64,000 bases of DNA, taken from NCBI RefSeq assembly GCF_009914755.1, contig NC_060926.1; one strand, 5' to 3'. The notes beneath the pieces were generated by a model. It was not told where the DNA came from, searched no databases, and was given only the letters and a program-made list of their open reading frames with translations. Of this stretch, positions 13,560 to 26,850 are shown one piece after another. The translations under genes were made by a program, and so were the position numbers. The stretch's first letter is position 1. Each line of letters opens with the position of its first letter. The DNA comes from the human T2T-CHM13v2.0 reference genome, Homo sapiens.

Positions 13560-13800
13560 CCAGCTGACAGTTATCAGACTCTTAGTACTAGTCAGGCATC
13601 GTATTACACTTTCTACATGCATTACATTTTTAATTCTCACAAAAGCTTGAAAAGTGTTGATATTTATCCTCATTCTGCAGATAAGGAAACAGAAACCAAA
13701 ACAGGATGTGTGATCCGAGATCACAAACATGTATGGATGTGATAGAGTTAGAATTTAGATTTGAGTCTCTTTGACTGCAAAACCAATGTTCTCAGCCATA
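13560..13800 (-). mobile_element. MIR
   Basis: ttctcacaa...cattctgcagataaggaaacaga core; boundaries approximate. Confidence 0.6.
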
Positions 13801-14020
13801 GGTTATTGGAATTCTAATTTTTAGTAAATGGTAATACCATTGTAATCTAGATGTTAATCATAATGGAAGTCTGGCTGCATAATAGTCAGGAAACTTACTG
13901 TTAAGAATGAAAGAAACCCAACACAAACCCGCTTAAGTGGGGAGGTGGAGGTGGGGAGAAAAAAGTGGATATGGGGACTCAAATGATGCAGATGGAATCA
14001 GGTCTCTGTTTCTCTCTCTT

Positions 14021-14034
14021 ATACACACACATAC

Positions 14035-14065
<31 letters not shown>
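14021..14065. repeat. (CA)n microsatellite
   Basis: Read directly from the sequence. Confidence 0.95.
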
Positions 14066-14066
<1 letters not shown>

Positions 14067-15994
14067 TCCTTTGTCTCTTTTGCTTCTTTTTCTCCGGAAA
14101 CTTGGTTTCCTCCTCTCAGCCTCTTCCCTGTAGGAAGCAATCTAGCATTTGGCTCCAATAGTTTTTTCATAAACTTCCATTCATATTATGTTGGCATTTA
14201 AAATATAGATAAATTATTTTCTTAAATATCTGAAAATTGAAGAAATGCTTCAATTAAAAAAGTAAACTGAATGTTATATATTATTAACCAAATTAATAAT
14301 AAATGCTATTTCACATGACTACAAAGGTAACAGTGTTTCTCATTTCAAGAAATCGTGCCTTCTCAAAAAGGCAGATGATCATGGTTCTCTTCAGATTTGC
14401 TTATAAATTGTCCTAGGAGTCTAAAGATGCGAATTGCTTATTATTGTTTGTATTCATTAAGCCACTTCAAACAACCCAAACCCACTTGAGAAAGCTTAGG
14501 CCAAAATAGGGATCCTACTTAAGGATTCAGGGGTGCTTCATGGAACTTCCTATCAAGAATGTAAGTAGGCTCAGGAACTGACCAGAACTCAGAATGGGAC
14601 AGCTGTAGGACGCCCCAGTAGTCCTTCCTTCCATCCCTCCTCTCTGCATCTCTCTGAGGGTCTGCTTCACTTCTTCCCTCTGCAGACAGCTCCTTCTGCT
14701 TCTTCTTACCACAGCAGCAAACATGGCCACCAGCAGCTCCCAAGCTATAGCTTGCAAGTCTAGCCAGTCAGCAAGAAAGAGATAATCTCTCTTTTTCAGT
14801 ATTGATTCTAAAGGCCTAGTAAATTGATTCAGAGCTCCTATTCTGTTCTATAAACTATGTCAGGAAGGTAGGGTCACATCATAATCAATGGCTGCAGAGG
14901 GTCAGCTGCTATCACCTTGTGGTTCCAGAACAGCTAGTTGATGCAGTATGCAGAAAACATAGACTGTGTCCCATCTCCAGGAGGTTGTCTGTGTTTGCTG
15001 GGTGGTGTGTTTGGAAAGCAGCTTCCTTTAGGGAGATTCTCTGCACACACAAAAACTTTTTTTTGGAACGTCATTCATTCAGTCAGCAAGTTTGGTGAGC
15101 ATCACTTAGCATGGTGCAAAAATTACAATGAATAAACCTGCTTTAAAGAAGTTGAGTCTTGAATGCAAGCAGATAATTTTCATACAAAGAGCATAGGAAT
15201 AAGATACTGTTGTAACACTGGGAAGTTTGTAGTAATTCTTGCCTATGGGTTACAGAAGACTGTGTGGAGGATGGGATATTTAAGCTGTCATAAAATACAT
15301 GAAACATTCAGGTGGGCATTCCAGGGAGAGGGAAAGCCATGTGCAAAAACAGGAGGCAACGTGACAAAAACAGGATTTAGCAATTTAAAAAACAGATTTA
15401 GCTATGGAGAAAGAATGTTTAGTTGAAAGTTGATGAACTCTATGTAGCTAAAGCAGTATTTTCAAAGATAGGAGAGAATAAATTAATTATAAAGATGTTA
15501 AGTAGAATTGAAAGGACTTAATGGGCAACTGAATGAGGGGACAGTGAGAGGAGAATGAGGTGACTTATAGGTATCATTCTGCAGGGAATGGGTATTTAGC
15601 AGTTTCATACCAGTATAGGGAGGGTAGGCTACATAATTCATTGTCCGATCAGGACATTTTTCTGAGAGTGAAAGAGACACTATTAATCATTGTACTAGGA
15701 CAATAAGTGTAAACCCAGGACATTCCCAGAGAAACCTGGATATATACTCGCCCAAAATAGAGGAAATAGAGGAAGATGAACAGATCTTGATGTAGAGAGA
15801 CTTAATTCTATACATAACTTGTTCGAGGTGTTAAAAACTTTGGTTGAAAGTCACAAAAACTCACATAAATAGCTTAGAAAAATGGGAAGATTTATTCTAA
15901 GTTTGCAGGAATATCTTTCAGAATCCTAAAGTATGGATAGAGCCAGGTCTTTACAAAAAGGCCTCTCTCCTTCTCTCATCTCTGCTATTCTAGA

Positions 15995-16528
15995 ACCGTG
16001 GTTCTCAAAGGGGGACTCCAGATCAGCAGCAGCAGCAGCATCTGAAAATGGGTTAAAAATGTATATTCTTGGGACCCACCCTACATGACTACAGTGTTTT
16101 TATGACTTGCTAGACCTTCTGAATCAGACACTCTCGGGAGGGGCTCAGCAATCTGTTTTTGTTTTTGTTTTTTTCCTTTGAGACGGAGTCTCGCTCTGTC
16201 GCCCGGCCTGGAGTGCAGTGGCGCCATCTCAGCTCACTGCAAGCTCCGCCTCCCGGGTTCACGCCATTCTCCTGCCTCAGCCTCCTGAGTAGCTGGGACT
16301 ACAGGCATCCGCCACTGCGCCCAGCTAATTTTTTTCTATTTTTAGTAGAGACGGGGTTTCACCGTGTTAGCCAGGATGGTCTTGATCTCCTGACCTCATG
16401 ATCCGCCTGCCTCAGCCTCCCAAAGTGCTGGGATTACAGGTGCAGTAAGCCACTGCACCCGGCCAGCAATCTGTTTTAACAAGCTTTCCAAGGTCATTGC
16501 AATGGAAGCTAAAGATTGAGAACTATTT
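15995..16528 (+). mobile_element. MER5A split by an AluY
   Basis: gtggttctcaaag...gaatcagacactct...cagcaatctgttttaacaag...gagaact. Confidence 0.7.
16160..16464 (-). mobile_element. AluY, antisense
   Basis: gcaagctccgcctcccgggttcacgccattc; TSD agcaatctgtttt at 16147-16159 and 16465-16477. Confidence 0.93.
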
Positions 16529-17260
16529 CTCTAAAAGCCTGTCTGCAGTTATCTTCTCGTGTTAATGACCTGTTATGTTTCCACATAAAAGTAAATGGCC
16601 TCAGTCCTAACTCTTCCTGTGTTCAAGAGAAAGGTCAGACTGAGCCAAGTTCTTTAGATCACAGTTTGATGCTCCTTGGTTCAGCCTGTGGCCAGGAAAT
16701 TGGGCCAAGTAGTACGAACATGGCTGCTCCCTCTATAACCATGTGGCAGAGTTGCGGGTAAGGAGCATTCCCAAAACTGGGGTATCCCTTGCCAGAAAAT
16801 TAGGAAAGACAAGCAATACTGTCCACTGGAAGTGAGAAACCAAAGTGAAGATGTTTAGTAGTCACTGGGCTGTAGTAAAATAATTTATTAAAGGATAGTG
16901 GGAATCTCACCATAGATCTGGGTTCTTAACCTATGCAGCCAAGTCCACAGCCTATCGATCCCTCGGGCTGCTCTGGGATGATCACTGCCCATCACACATG
17001 CCTGGAAGCTCAGATACTACAGCTGAACAACCCCACAGCACATGTTTTCTTAGAAAACTTTAAATATTGGCACTGTTTAATACAACAAAAGAACAAAACA
17101 GAAAGAAAGAGGAAACATTTATAAGAGCTCAGCTCTGAATAATTTACCTCCTAACCTGATTACCTGTATTATAGCAGTGACTATCATCCAGCAGGCTTTA
17201 GCCAATTTGACCGTAACATTATAATACACTCCTTCTGTGCTGACTATTCAGTTTGATGTT

Positions 17261-17610
17261 TGATATGGTTTGGCTGTATCTCCACCCAAATCTCACCTTG
17301 AATTGAATTCCTACATGTCAAAGATGGGGCCAGGTGGAGATAATTGAATCATGGGGGTGGTTTCCCCCATACTGTTCTCATGCTAGTGAATAAGTCTCAT
17401 GATATCTGATGGTCTTATAAATGGGAGTTTCCCTGCACAAGTTCTCTTGCCTGCTGTCACGTAAGACATGCCTTTGCTTCTCCCTTGCCTTTAGCCGTGA
17501 CTGTGAGTCCTCCCCAGCCATGTGGAACTGTGAGTCCATTAAACCTTTCTTTTATAAATTACCCAGTCTTAGATATGTCTTTATTAGCAGCAGCAGAACA
17601 GACTAATACA
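17261..17610 (+). mobile_element. Complete THE1B/C MaLR solo LTR
   Basis: TGATATGG...gactaataCA; 5-bp TSD atgtt at 17256-17260 and 17611-17615. Confidence 0.92.
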
Positions 17611-17708
17611 ATGTTCATATTGTACAGTGTCTGTCTCCTGTTAGAACAAACTTCAAGACTAAACTAGGATTCTGCTACATTTAATGAGCAAACTATGTTT
17701 CCATTTAG

Positions 17709-17960
17709 ATTGAAAGCCTTGAAGATGAGGGGAATATAGTGACTCAAATGTACAAGCTTATGGAACAATATCAGGTGCCCACACCTCCTGAAGACTTTGC
17801 TGTTTTTGCAACTATGAAGCCATCCATTGTTGCTGTTCGGAATGCCATTGATAAATCAGTGGGTGATAGAGAATCAAGCATTAAGCAATTTTGTGTGCAT
17901 TTGGGTAGTGATCTTGAAGAATTAAACAACGAAGTGAATGAAGTAAAACTGCAAGCACAG
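17709..17960 (+). CDS. DNAH6: Exon D (IESLEDEG...VKLQAQ), 252 nt
   Basis: tttag|ATT...CAG|gtaagc; overlaps ORF 17739..17969. Confidence 0.93.
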
Positions 17961-18014
17961 GTAAGCTAAATCATTATTTTGTAAAAATAATCTATGCAAA
18001 GTTTTACTATTACA

Positions 18015-18185
18015 TTTGTTTATTAAAGTATAATCAACAGATAAAAATTGTATATATTTACAATATATAATGTGATGTTTTGATATACGTATACATTGTG
18101 AAATTGTTAATCAAGCTAATTAATGTGTCCATCACGTCACATACATCATTTTTTGTGGTGAGAATAATTAAGACTACTCTTCAAA
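18015..18185 (-). mobile_element. L1MA 3' end fragment
   Basis: aaaattgtatatattt...atcaagctaattaa...tttttgtggtgagaa. Confidence 0.65.
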
Positions 18186-18462
18186 CCATTTAGAGAACAC
18201 ATTTAACTGATGTAGCTTTAGTTTTTTATAGTATCATTCTAACCAATCAACAATGTCTTTGAGCTGCTACTTAAAAATTAATGTTTCAAAATCTCTGTTT
18301 AAGTAGTGAATACATTTCAGACTATCACAAAGCATATATGTAATATTAAAATTGAATTTAGCCAATTAAATTCTAGTCCTAACTTGTATTTATTATTTTG
18401 AAGAGTGTTTTAATGACTTGCTAGCACATTTTACAGCTATTGTCACAATTTTAAAGTTTGCT

Positions 18463-18580
18463 TAATACCTGGGTGATGAAATAATTCATACAACAAACCC
18501 CCATGACACAAGTTTACCTGTATAACAAACCTGCACATGTATCCCTGAACTTAAAATAAAAGCTAAATAAAAAATAAAAA
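18463..18580 (+). mobile_element. Short L1PA/PB 3' end
   Basis: aacaaacctgcacatgtatccctgaacttaaaataaaag plus A-tail; TSD taaa(g/c)tttgct. Confidence 0.75.
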
Positions 18581-19009
18581 TAAACTTTGCTGGTATATTA
18601 GAAAATTCCCATTTAGAAAGAGACAGAGTGTACATTGATAATTGGTAGTGAAGAATATTTGGTTACCTTGTACCACTTTTACAATAGAAAAAATATAGGG
18701 TACATTGACTCAAAAGAATATAATACAGACATTAAAGATTACAGTATACCTTTACATGTATTAACGTGGAAATGTAAAAACAGCTCACATTGTGTGCTGC
18801 CTATTTCTCAAGCAGTGTTCGAAGGACTTGGCACTGTTGTTACTTTTGTATTGAAGCACTTTTGTATTTTCTTACAGACAAAAGTGTACATAACTAATTA
18901 CTGTACAACTCAATGAATTATCTGAAAGTAAACACATCTATGTATCCACTACTCATATCAATAAAGCATTATGATACCCTTAGTGTCCCCTCCTAATTAC
19001 TCATCCTTT

Positions 19010-20100
19010 TGTTATGGGATATTTGGGGTGTCATTTTTCTGGCTGGAAACCTCTGTGGCCAGTAGTACCTTTGCCTAAGTTCTTGCCCTGCATCTAGGAA
19101 GAATGAGGTATGCAGACAAGTGGAGGGTGAGCAAGATGAAGAGGAGCTTTATTCAGTGTTAGAACAGCTCGGAGGAAATCCGCAGTGGGTAGCTGCTCTC
19201 TAGGCAGGTCATCCCATTGAGTGTTCAGCTCTCAGCAGAGAGGAGGCCCTGGAATGGGTGACTCCTCTCTGCAGGCAGGTTGTCCCATCATCTCTGCAGC
19301 TCTCAGCAGAGAGGAGGCCTGGAGAGGGTAGCTCCCCTCTGCAGCTGGTTTTCCCGATGTATGCCCAGCTCCTAGCAGAGAGGAGACCCTGAAGTGGGTT
19401 GCTACTCTCTGCAGCTGGTAGCCCCGACATCTCTGCAGGTCTCTGAACCTCTCAGCAGAGAGGGTAGCTGCCCTCTGCAGCTGGTTGTCCCATTATCTGC
19501 TCAGCTCTGGCTGAGCCCAGGGCTTTTATGGACCTCAGAGGGGAGGAAGTGTGTACTGATTGGCCCATGGGGGATAATGGGCAGGCTGGAAAAGGCATCA
19601 CAAGTTCCTACACTGGTCTGTGGGACTGGCAGCCCAGCCCCCAGCCTTCAGGCCAATGTGGGGCCTCACCGGGGACCCACCCCCTTCCATTCAGGAATCT
19701 ATCTGCCTCCTGCTGCTGTTCATGGCACCAGGGTTGGGCCTTGACTTTGCTCCAAGATCAGAGAAGATCAAAGAAGTGCCTGCTCCCACTGCCTGGCTTC
19801 TCTCCCTTCCAAGATCAGAGCAGGGAGAGACCAGGCTGCAGAAGCAGGCACTTCCAAGCCTGAGAGGGCAAAGGGGTCTTCCCATGCCCCCAAGAGCACA
19901 GGACTGCCTGAGTCTGCAGCAACAGTTTGGGTGGCTACAGCTGCACCCAAGGAACTCCCACCCCAACTTGGAAGGGGCAAAGCTCCCACTTGTCCCTAAC
20001 TGGCTCCATGGAGTGTGCCACTGGCTCCATGGAGTGTGCAGCCCTGGCCATGCCTCCCTGCTGCAGCAGGCGTGTTGGCAGTGGCAGGCCATCTGGAGCG
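19010..20100 (-). mobile_element. MER52-type ERV1 LTR inserted in an old antisense L1
   Basis: tgttatggga...gaagaatgaggtatgcagacaagtggagggtgagcaag; internal ctctcagcagagagg repeats; GC-rich. Confidence 0.75.
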
Positions 20101-20655
20101 GGAATGTTATAAATTTCCTATTTTTGAACTTCTATTAATTAGAACCACACAGTGTGCCCTTTATTTTATTTTGGTATGTTCCTAAGATTTATGCATATTG
20201 CTATTTGTGGATGTAGTTTATTCATGTTTATTGCTATGTAGTGTTTTATTGTATTTTACAGTGATTCATTTCATGGGTGATGGAAATTGGGATTATCTAC
20301 CATGTGGGGCAATCATGAGTAATAGTCCTAGAAATATTCTTATGTATGTCTTCATGTTTTAACTCATTTAAATCTCAAAACACTTTAGGGTTTTATTATT
20401 CACATTTTACAGAAAAGGAAATTAGGGGACAGGGTTAAGTAACTTGCCAAGGGTCACGCAGTTACTAAATGGAGGAATCTGGATTCAAGCGTAAGCAGTC
20501 TACTGTCAATGGTTAATAGTCTGCTATTAATTGCTCTACCATATACTGTATTCTATACACAGCATATGGTTAAAAAGTATGAATATCTATGTATACATAG
20601 ATCATTAGAGAAAGCAAAAGTGCCAGCACATGCTTGATGTATAATCATGCATTTT

Positions 20656-21134
20656 TTATTTTTTAAGAAACTTTTATTTTGGGTTCAGGGATACATGTGC
20701 AGGTTTGTTATATAGGTAAACTCATGTCTCAGAGGTTTGCTGCATAGGTTATTTTGTCACCCAGATACCAGGCCTAGTACCCAATAGATATTTTTTCTGA
20801 TCCTCTCCCTCCTCCCATCCTCCACCCTCAGGTAGGCCCCAGTGTCTGTTGTTCCTCTCTTTGTGTCCATGTGTTCTCAACATTTAGCTTTCACTTATAA
20901 GTAAGAACATGCAATACTTGGTTTTCTGTTCCTGCATTAGTTTGCTATGAATAATGGCCTCCAGCTCCATCTATATTCCTGCAAAGGACATTATCTTGTT
21001 ATTTTTTATGGCTTCATAGTGTTCCGTGTGTCCACATACCAGATTTTCTTTATCCAATCTGATACTGATTGGCATTTAGATTGATTGCATGTCTTTGCTA
21101 TTGTGGATAGTGCTGCAATGAATATCTGCATGCA
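20656..21134 (-). mobile_element. L1PA (older PA subfamily) 3' fragment
   Basis: Antisense L1 3' UTR; TSD aatcatgcatttt at 20643-20655 and 21135-21147. Confidence 0.88.
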
Positions 21135-22535
21135 AATCATGCATTTTAAATAGCATGATGCACTTACACAAAATGAAAGCATGGCCCATTCTAACTAGTG
21201 CTTCTTCTATAGAAGGTTTGAAATTAGTTCTCTTTGGCAAAGGACTGTAACTTCATCATTTACATAAATGATACTATCTTGCTATCAAGACCCTCATTCC
21301 TGCTGTTGCAGAGAATTAGGGAGAAAACCTAAATGTGACCATTAATGATAATTTATTTCAGTTTGAAATGTCTGTTCCATTCTACCTGGGTCTCTTTTGG
21401 ATAGATTTTAATTCAGCTGAAAATCTAAACTTCCTATTGGGCGTTTTTTCACCTATGCCACCATCCCCTCCTACCTATTGCCCCATAAAGGGAAGCTTGA
21501 ATTCCCTCATGGCGAATAGATGGGAGGGGCAGGTCATCTGTTCTTCATGCTACCTTTTGGGCCATAGCAGCGTCCAGTGCAGTTTGGCTGGGCTGCACCT
21601 GGTTGTCCCAGGTTGCTGTTAACTAAGGGTCTTTCCTGGTTCTTTAGGCACCATGCTAGCCCCTATGCTGCAATCCATAATTTCTTCCATAGCCTACAAT
21701 CCCAAGTAATCTGTGGCTTTCTTATCCTGGCCTCAGACATCTTCTGGTCCACCAGTTCTCTCAACAGTTCCCACTACCAGAATCAAGACACATGAGAACT
21801 TCAGGATTCCCTGCATATCATACCAAGTCACAAGACACCAGAATGTCAATATAAGCCCCTTCTTCCTGGACACATCCCTTGGCTTTTTCTAATCTAGAGC
21901 ATGTTGCAAGTTTGAATGCATGGCCATGCTGACTAAGACTTGGACTAACTAGCCTCCCTGAGCTATGGCTATAAAGGTTCTCAGATTCCTTCAATTTTCT
22001 CAGATTATCCCAAACCTAGTTAAGTGCTTCTGCTTTGCTCCTGAACTATTCCATTCCCATTCACTGGGGTTTCAACCCTAACAGGTCAGCCATAAAACAT
22101 GTCTTGCCATTTATATTTTTCATTTTCTCTCTTCTGTCATTTTAGAATACAAAGGACTTTCCATTCCTTTATTGTAAAGTGGAAATTTACCGTATATCAT
22201 ATCCCCTTCCTTCTCTTCCCTGTTTCATTCACCTCTCCTTATCTAAGGTCATGTTGGTTGAAGAAGTGTAGGAAATGAAAGCAGATGAGGGAAAATATAT
22301 TAGATAATGTTTTAAAACAATTTTATCTCCATGGCACTTTATATAAATGTGTACTTTTTATAATGTCTATGCATTGCTTTAAAATTCAGGAAAACAATAA
22401 TTTTAAACATCATTTCTAAAAATCAAAAAGAAAAGAGAAAGGAATCTTTTTAAAAATGTTTATTAATTCATTTAATTTAATTGGTCTTTATCAAAAAGCA
22501 GGAATGGCTAACCAAAAACTGTCTTAAATTTATAG

Positions 22536-22664
22536 GATCCACAGATTTTAGATATCTCTGCTGACCAAGACAAAATAAGGCTCATATTGAATAATCTGCA
22601 ATCTGTTCTGGCTGATCTTCAGAAACGTGCATTTCAGTATAAGTCCTATCAGAAGAATTTTAAG
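22536..22664 (+). CDS. DNAH6: Exon E (DPQILDIS...YQKNFK), 129 nt
   Basis: tatag|GAT...AAG|gtaatg. Confidence 0.92.
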
Positions 22665-23138
22665 GTAATGACAGTTTTACACCATCTGTCTTAGAAATGT
22701 GTGTATAGAAATGGCGTATATGCACAAGGACTTCAATAATGTAACTGTAAACATTCAATATTTGGACAACTATGTGCTAGTCAGCATGCTACAAATAGTC
22801 TCAAATACAAAATATGATATGTTCCTTGCCTTCGAAGTGTTTAAAGACTAACACACATGAGATACCGAATATCTTTCTTATTAAAATAATTGTGAATTAT
22901 GCAAAACTTTCAGACAAGGAACTGTACTTTCTATGTTAAAATGTAAGTGGATTTTTTAATGTGGTCAATTAAAACCACACTATCCTTTCTTAAGTAATAT
23001 TCAGGCTTCCTTTACATTCATATGTACGTTATGATTCCATTAATATTGCCTGATTTACCCTGGTTTTATGTGCCAATTTGATAAAAATGACATCCCCAGC
23101 TAAGCCAGGGACAAATGGGTGTAAAAGGGTAGATTTGA

Positions 23139-23441
23139 GGACCAGGAGCAGTGGCTTATGCCTGTAATCCCAGCACTTTGGGAGGCCAAGGCACTTGGAT
23201 CACTTAAGCTCAGGAGTTCGAGACCAGCCTGACCAACATAGTGAAACCACATCTCCACTAAAAATACAAAAATTACCCAGGCATGGTGGCACATGCCTGT
23301 AGTCCCAGGTACTTGGGAGGCTAAACGGGGAGGATCATTTGAGCCCAGGAGGCGGAGGTTGCGGTGAGCCAAGATCGTGACACCGCACTGCAGCCTAGGT
23401 GACAGAGTGAGACCCTGTCTCAAAAAAAAAAAAAAAAAAAA
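23139..23441 (+). mobile_element. AluJ-like
   Basis: Dimeric Alu with gaggatcatttgagccc and gagaccctgtctc, plus polyA. Confidence 0.9.
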
Positions 23442-23923
23442 GAAAGGTATATTTGAAAGGCTAATAGAAGTCTCTCAAAAAACATGAAGAGAAAGGGGTA
23501 AGAGATGCAGGTGCTTTCAACGGCTTTTAGAGAGACCAACAACAAGAAAAGAGAATAGAAAAGAAAATATTCCTATGGTCAAAACCAGGGAGCCCCTAGC
23601 AATAAGGAAGATGCCATTGGTCTCCCCAAAAATCTCGGAGGAACATGCTTGAACCTCACAGGGGAATGCACCTGTCTCTTCAGAGCCCCAGATGGATGAC
23701 CAGAAAGTGATCTGATATGCTGTCTACTCCAGGGTCCAGGGATTGGTAGAGAAATCTGAAAATAATGAATTTGATACCAGCCAATAAGGCTGGTGATACT
23801 TGAGGCAGATTTGTGTGAGTTCAAAGTTGTTCCCAGGTTGGGTTAACTGACCTACAAGACAGGAAGGTATGTAGTAAGGAGCAAGGTATGGAGGAAATAC
23901 TACTTGATAAAAAGCTACAACTT

Positions 23924-24225
<302 letters not shown>

Positions 24226-24894
24226 AAAAGCTACAACTCACATGTGAGCACTCCTTGAGCAAGAAAGAATATCTTTGGTCCTGTCAGCAAGACGGCAGAG
24301 TATGAAGCCCCAGCCCCTCCTTTTTCCCTTGGACACACTGACTCAACAACCCCTGAACCAATTTATTTTGTCAGAAATACAAAGGCAAGTTGACAGTCTC
24401 TTGCACCCTGGGCAAGTATAAAATCAGCTGATGGAAGCCAGTAGAATAATTCCTAACACCCTTTCACTATAATTCCTGCCCCCAGCACAGTGTTACACAA
24501 TTAGGAGGAAGTTCTCAGCTTCTCCCTGGCGAAGGAGGGAAAGACAGACTGGATGGAATACATGGCATTCTGACACTTTAGGGGTCTGGCTGAGAGATTG
24601 GTTTCTCTCTTGCCTGAATTTGATTATGGACAGGAAAGGTCCCCAGGTTGGAACCGCTGAGAACAAAAGCAACAGTTTCGACCAGTTTGCACTCACTAGC
24701 CATTAACACCCCTCCCCAAACCCCTGACTCAGTGCAGAGTAAGCAAGCAAGAATTCCCAAATCTCAGCTTCTACCTGGACAGGGGAAGATTTGAAGTGGC
24801 TGTCCAATGTGATACATTATCAGGGGACTGCTCAAGGGACAAACTTCTATATCATCTGTCTTGGAGTAGTGACAGGATCCAGCATATTCTAGAC

Positions 24895-26850
24895 ATCTCA
24901 TATGTAGAAAACCCTAAAACTCCAGGGGGAAAAATTTAAAAATAATAAATAAACTCAGTAAAGTTGTAGAATACAAAATCAACTTACGTGAATTAGTTGC
25001 ATTTCTATATACTAACAACAAACAATTCAAAAGATAAAGAAAACAATTTACAATAGCATAAAAAATATCATGCCATTTACAACAGAATCAAAAATAATAA
25101 TAATAAAGTAGAAATAAACTTAACCTAGGAGGTAAAAGACTCACACACTATGATGAAAGAAATGAAATAATACACAAATAAATAGAAAGATATCCCATGT
25201 TCATTGATTAAAAGACTTAATATTGTTAAAATACCTGTACTACCCAAAGTGACTTATACATTCAATGCAATCCTTACCAATTTCCCAATGACATTTTCTA
25301 AAGAAATATTAAAAACAAATTCTAAAATTTATAGGGAACCACAGAGGACCTCGAGTACCCAACACAATCTTGAGAAATAGGAAAAAAGCTAAAGGTCTCA
25401 CACTTCCTAATCTAAAAACATATTACAAAGCTATAGTAATTAAAATAGTATGGTACTAGCATGCATTCAGACATATAGACCAATGAAACAGAATGGAAAA
25501 CCGCAAAACAACAAATATGGTCAACGCATCTATGGCAAAGGTGCCAAAAATACACAACAGGGAGAGGATAGTCTCTTCAACAAACGGTGTTAAGGAACTG
25601 GATATTCATATGCAAAAGAATGAAGCTGAACCCTTACACAAAAATCAGTTCAAAATGAATGGGTTAAAGACTCAAAAGAACTAAAACTATAAAATTCCTA
25701 GAGGAAAATGTAGGAGAAATCTTCATGACATTGGCCTTGGCTATGATTTCTTGGATGTGACACCAAAAACCAATGTAACAAAAACAGAAATAGACAAGTG
25801 GAACTACATCAAACTAAACAGCTTCTGCAAAGCAAAGGAAACAATCAACAGAGTAAAAAGGCAACATACAGAATGAGGGAAAAAATTTGCAAATTATATA
25901 CTTGATAAGAGGTTATTATCTAAACTCCTTATAGATAAGGAACTCCTACAACACAATAGCCAAAAAAAAAACCCAAATTTTTAAAATGGACAAAGGACTT
26001 GAATGAACATTTCTCTAAAGAAGACATACAAATGGTCAACAGGCATGTGAAAAGACACCCAACATCAATAATCATCAGGAAAATTAAAATCAAACCACAA
26101 GAAGGTATCACCTCACATCTGTTAGAATGGCCATTACAAAAATAAAATGAATTACCAATATTGGCAAGGATGTGAAGACACTGGAATCCTTTACACTGTA
26201 GATGAGAATTAGAATGGTGCAAACACTATGGAAAACAGCATGGTGGTTCCTCAAAACTTAAAAAACAAATGACCCAATGATCCCATTTATGGGCATATAT
26301 CCCAAATAATTGAATCAGGCTCTTAAAGATATATTTGCACTCCCGTGTTCATTGCAGCATTGTTCTCAGTAGCCAAGATATGGAAACAACTTAAAATGTC
26401 CATCAGCAGATGAATGGATAAAGAAAATATGGTATCTACATAAAATAGAATTTTACTCAGCCTCGCAAAATAAGAAAATCCTGCTGTGCCACAGCATGGA
26501 TGACCTGGAGGACATTATGCTTAGTGAAATAAGCCTGCTACAAAAGGACAAATACTGCATGATCTCATTTATATGAGATATCTAAAGTAGTCAAACTCAT
26601 ATAAGCAGAAAGTGGAATGGTGGTTTCCAGAGGCTGGGAGGAAGGGGAAATGAGGAGTTGTTCTAGGTGTATAAAGTTTCAGTTATGCCAGGTGAAAAAG
26701 TACTAGAAAAAGTACATTAAATAACCCTGTTAACATTGTTATAGTTAGCATTACTGTACTTTACACTTAAAAATTTATTAAAAGAATAGATCTCATGTAA
26801 TGTGTTTTTTACCACAATAAAAAGAAAAGTTAAAAAATAAATTTTTAAAA
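24895..26850 (+). mobile_element. L1MA/MB ORF2 3' half and 3' UTR
   Basis: Continuous degenerate L1 from tatgtagaaaaccctaaa to ttttaccacaataaaaa. Confidence 0.85.

Noticed and set aside
19999-20039. 21-bp tandem duplication actggctccatggagtgtgc
   Set aside because: It is a simple local duplication inside an LTR with no sign of function.
19209-20138. Cluster of overlapping 60-172 aa ORFs in a GC-rich island
   Set aside because: They lie within the MER52-type LTR. Stop-poor GC-rich sequence gives ORFs in many frames, and there is no splice or homology support.
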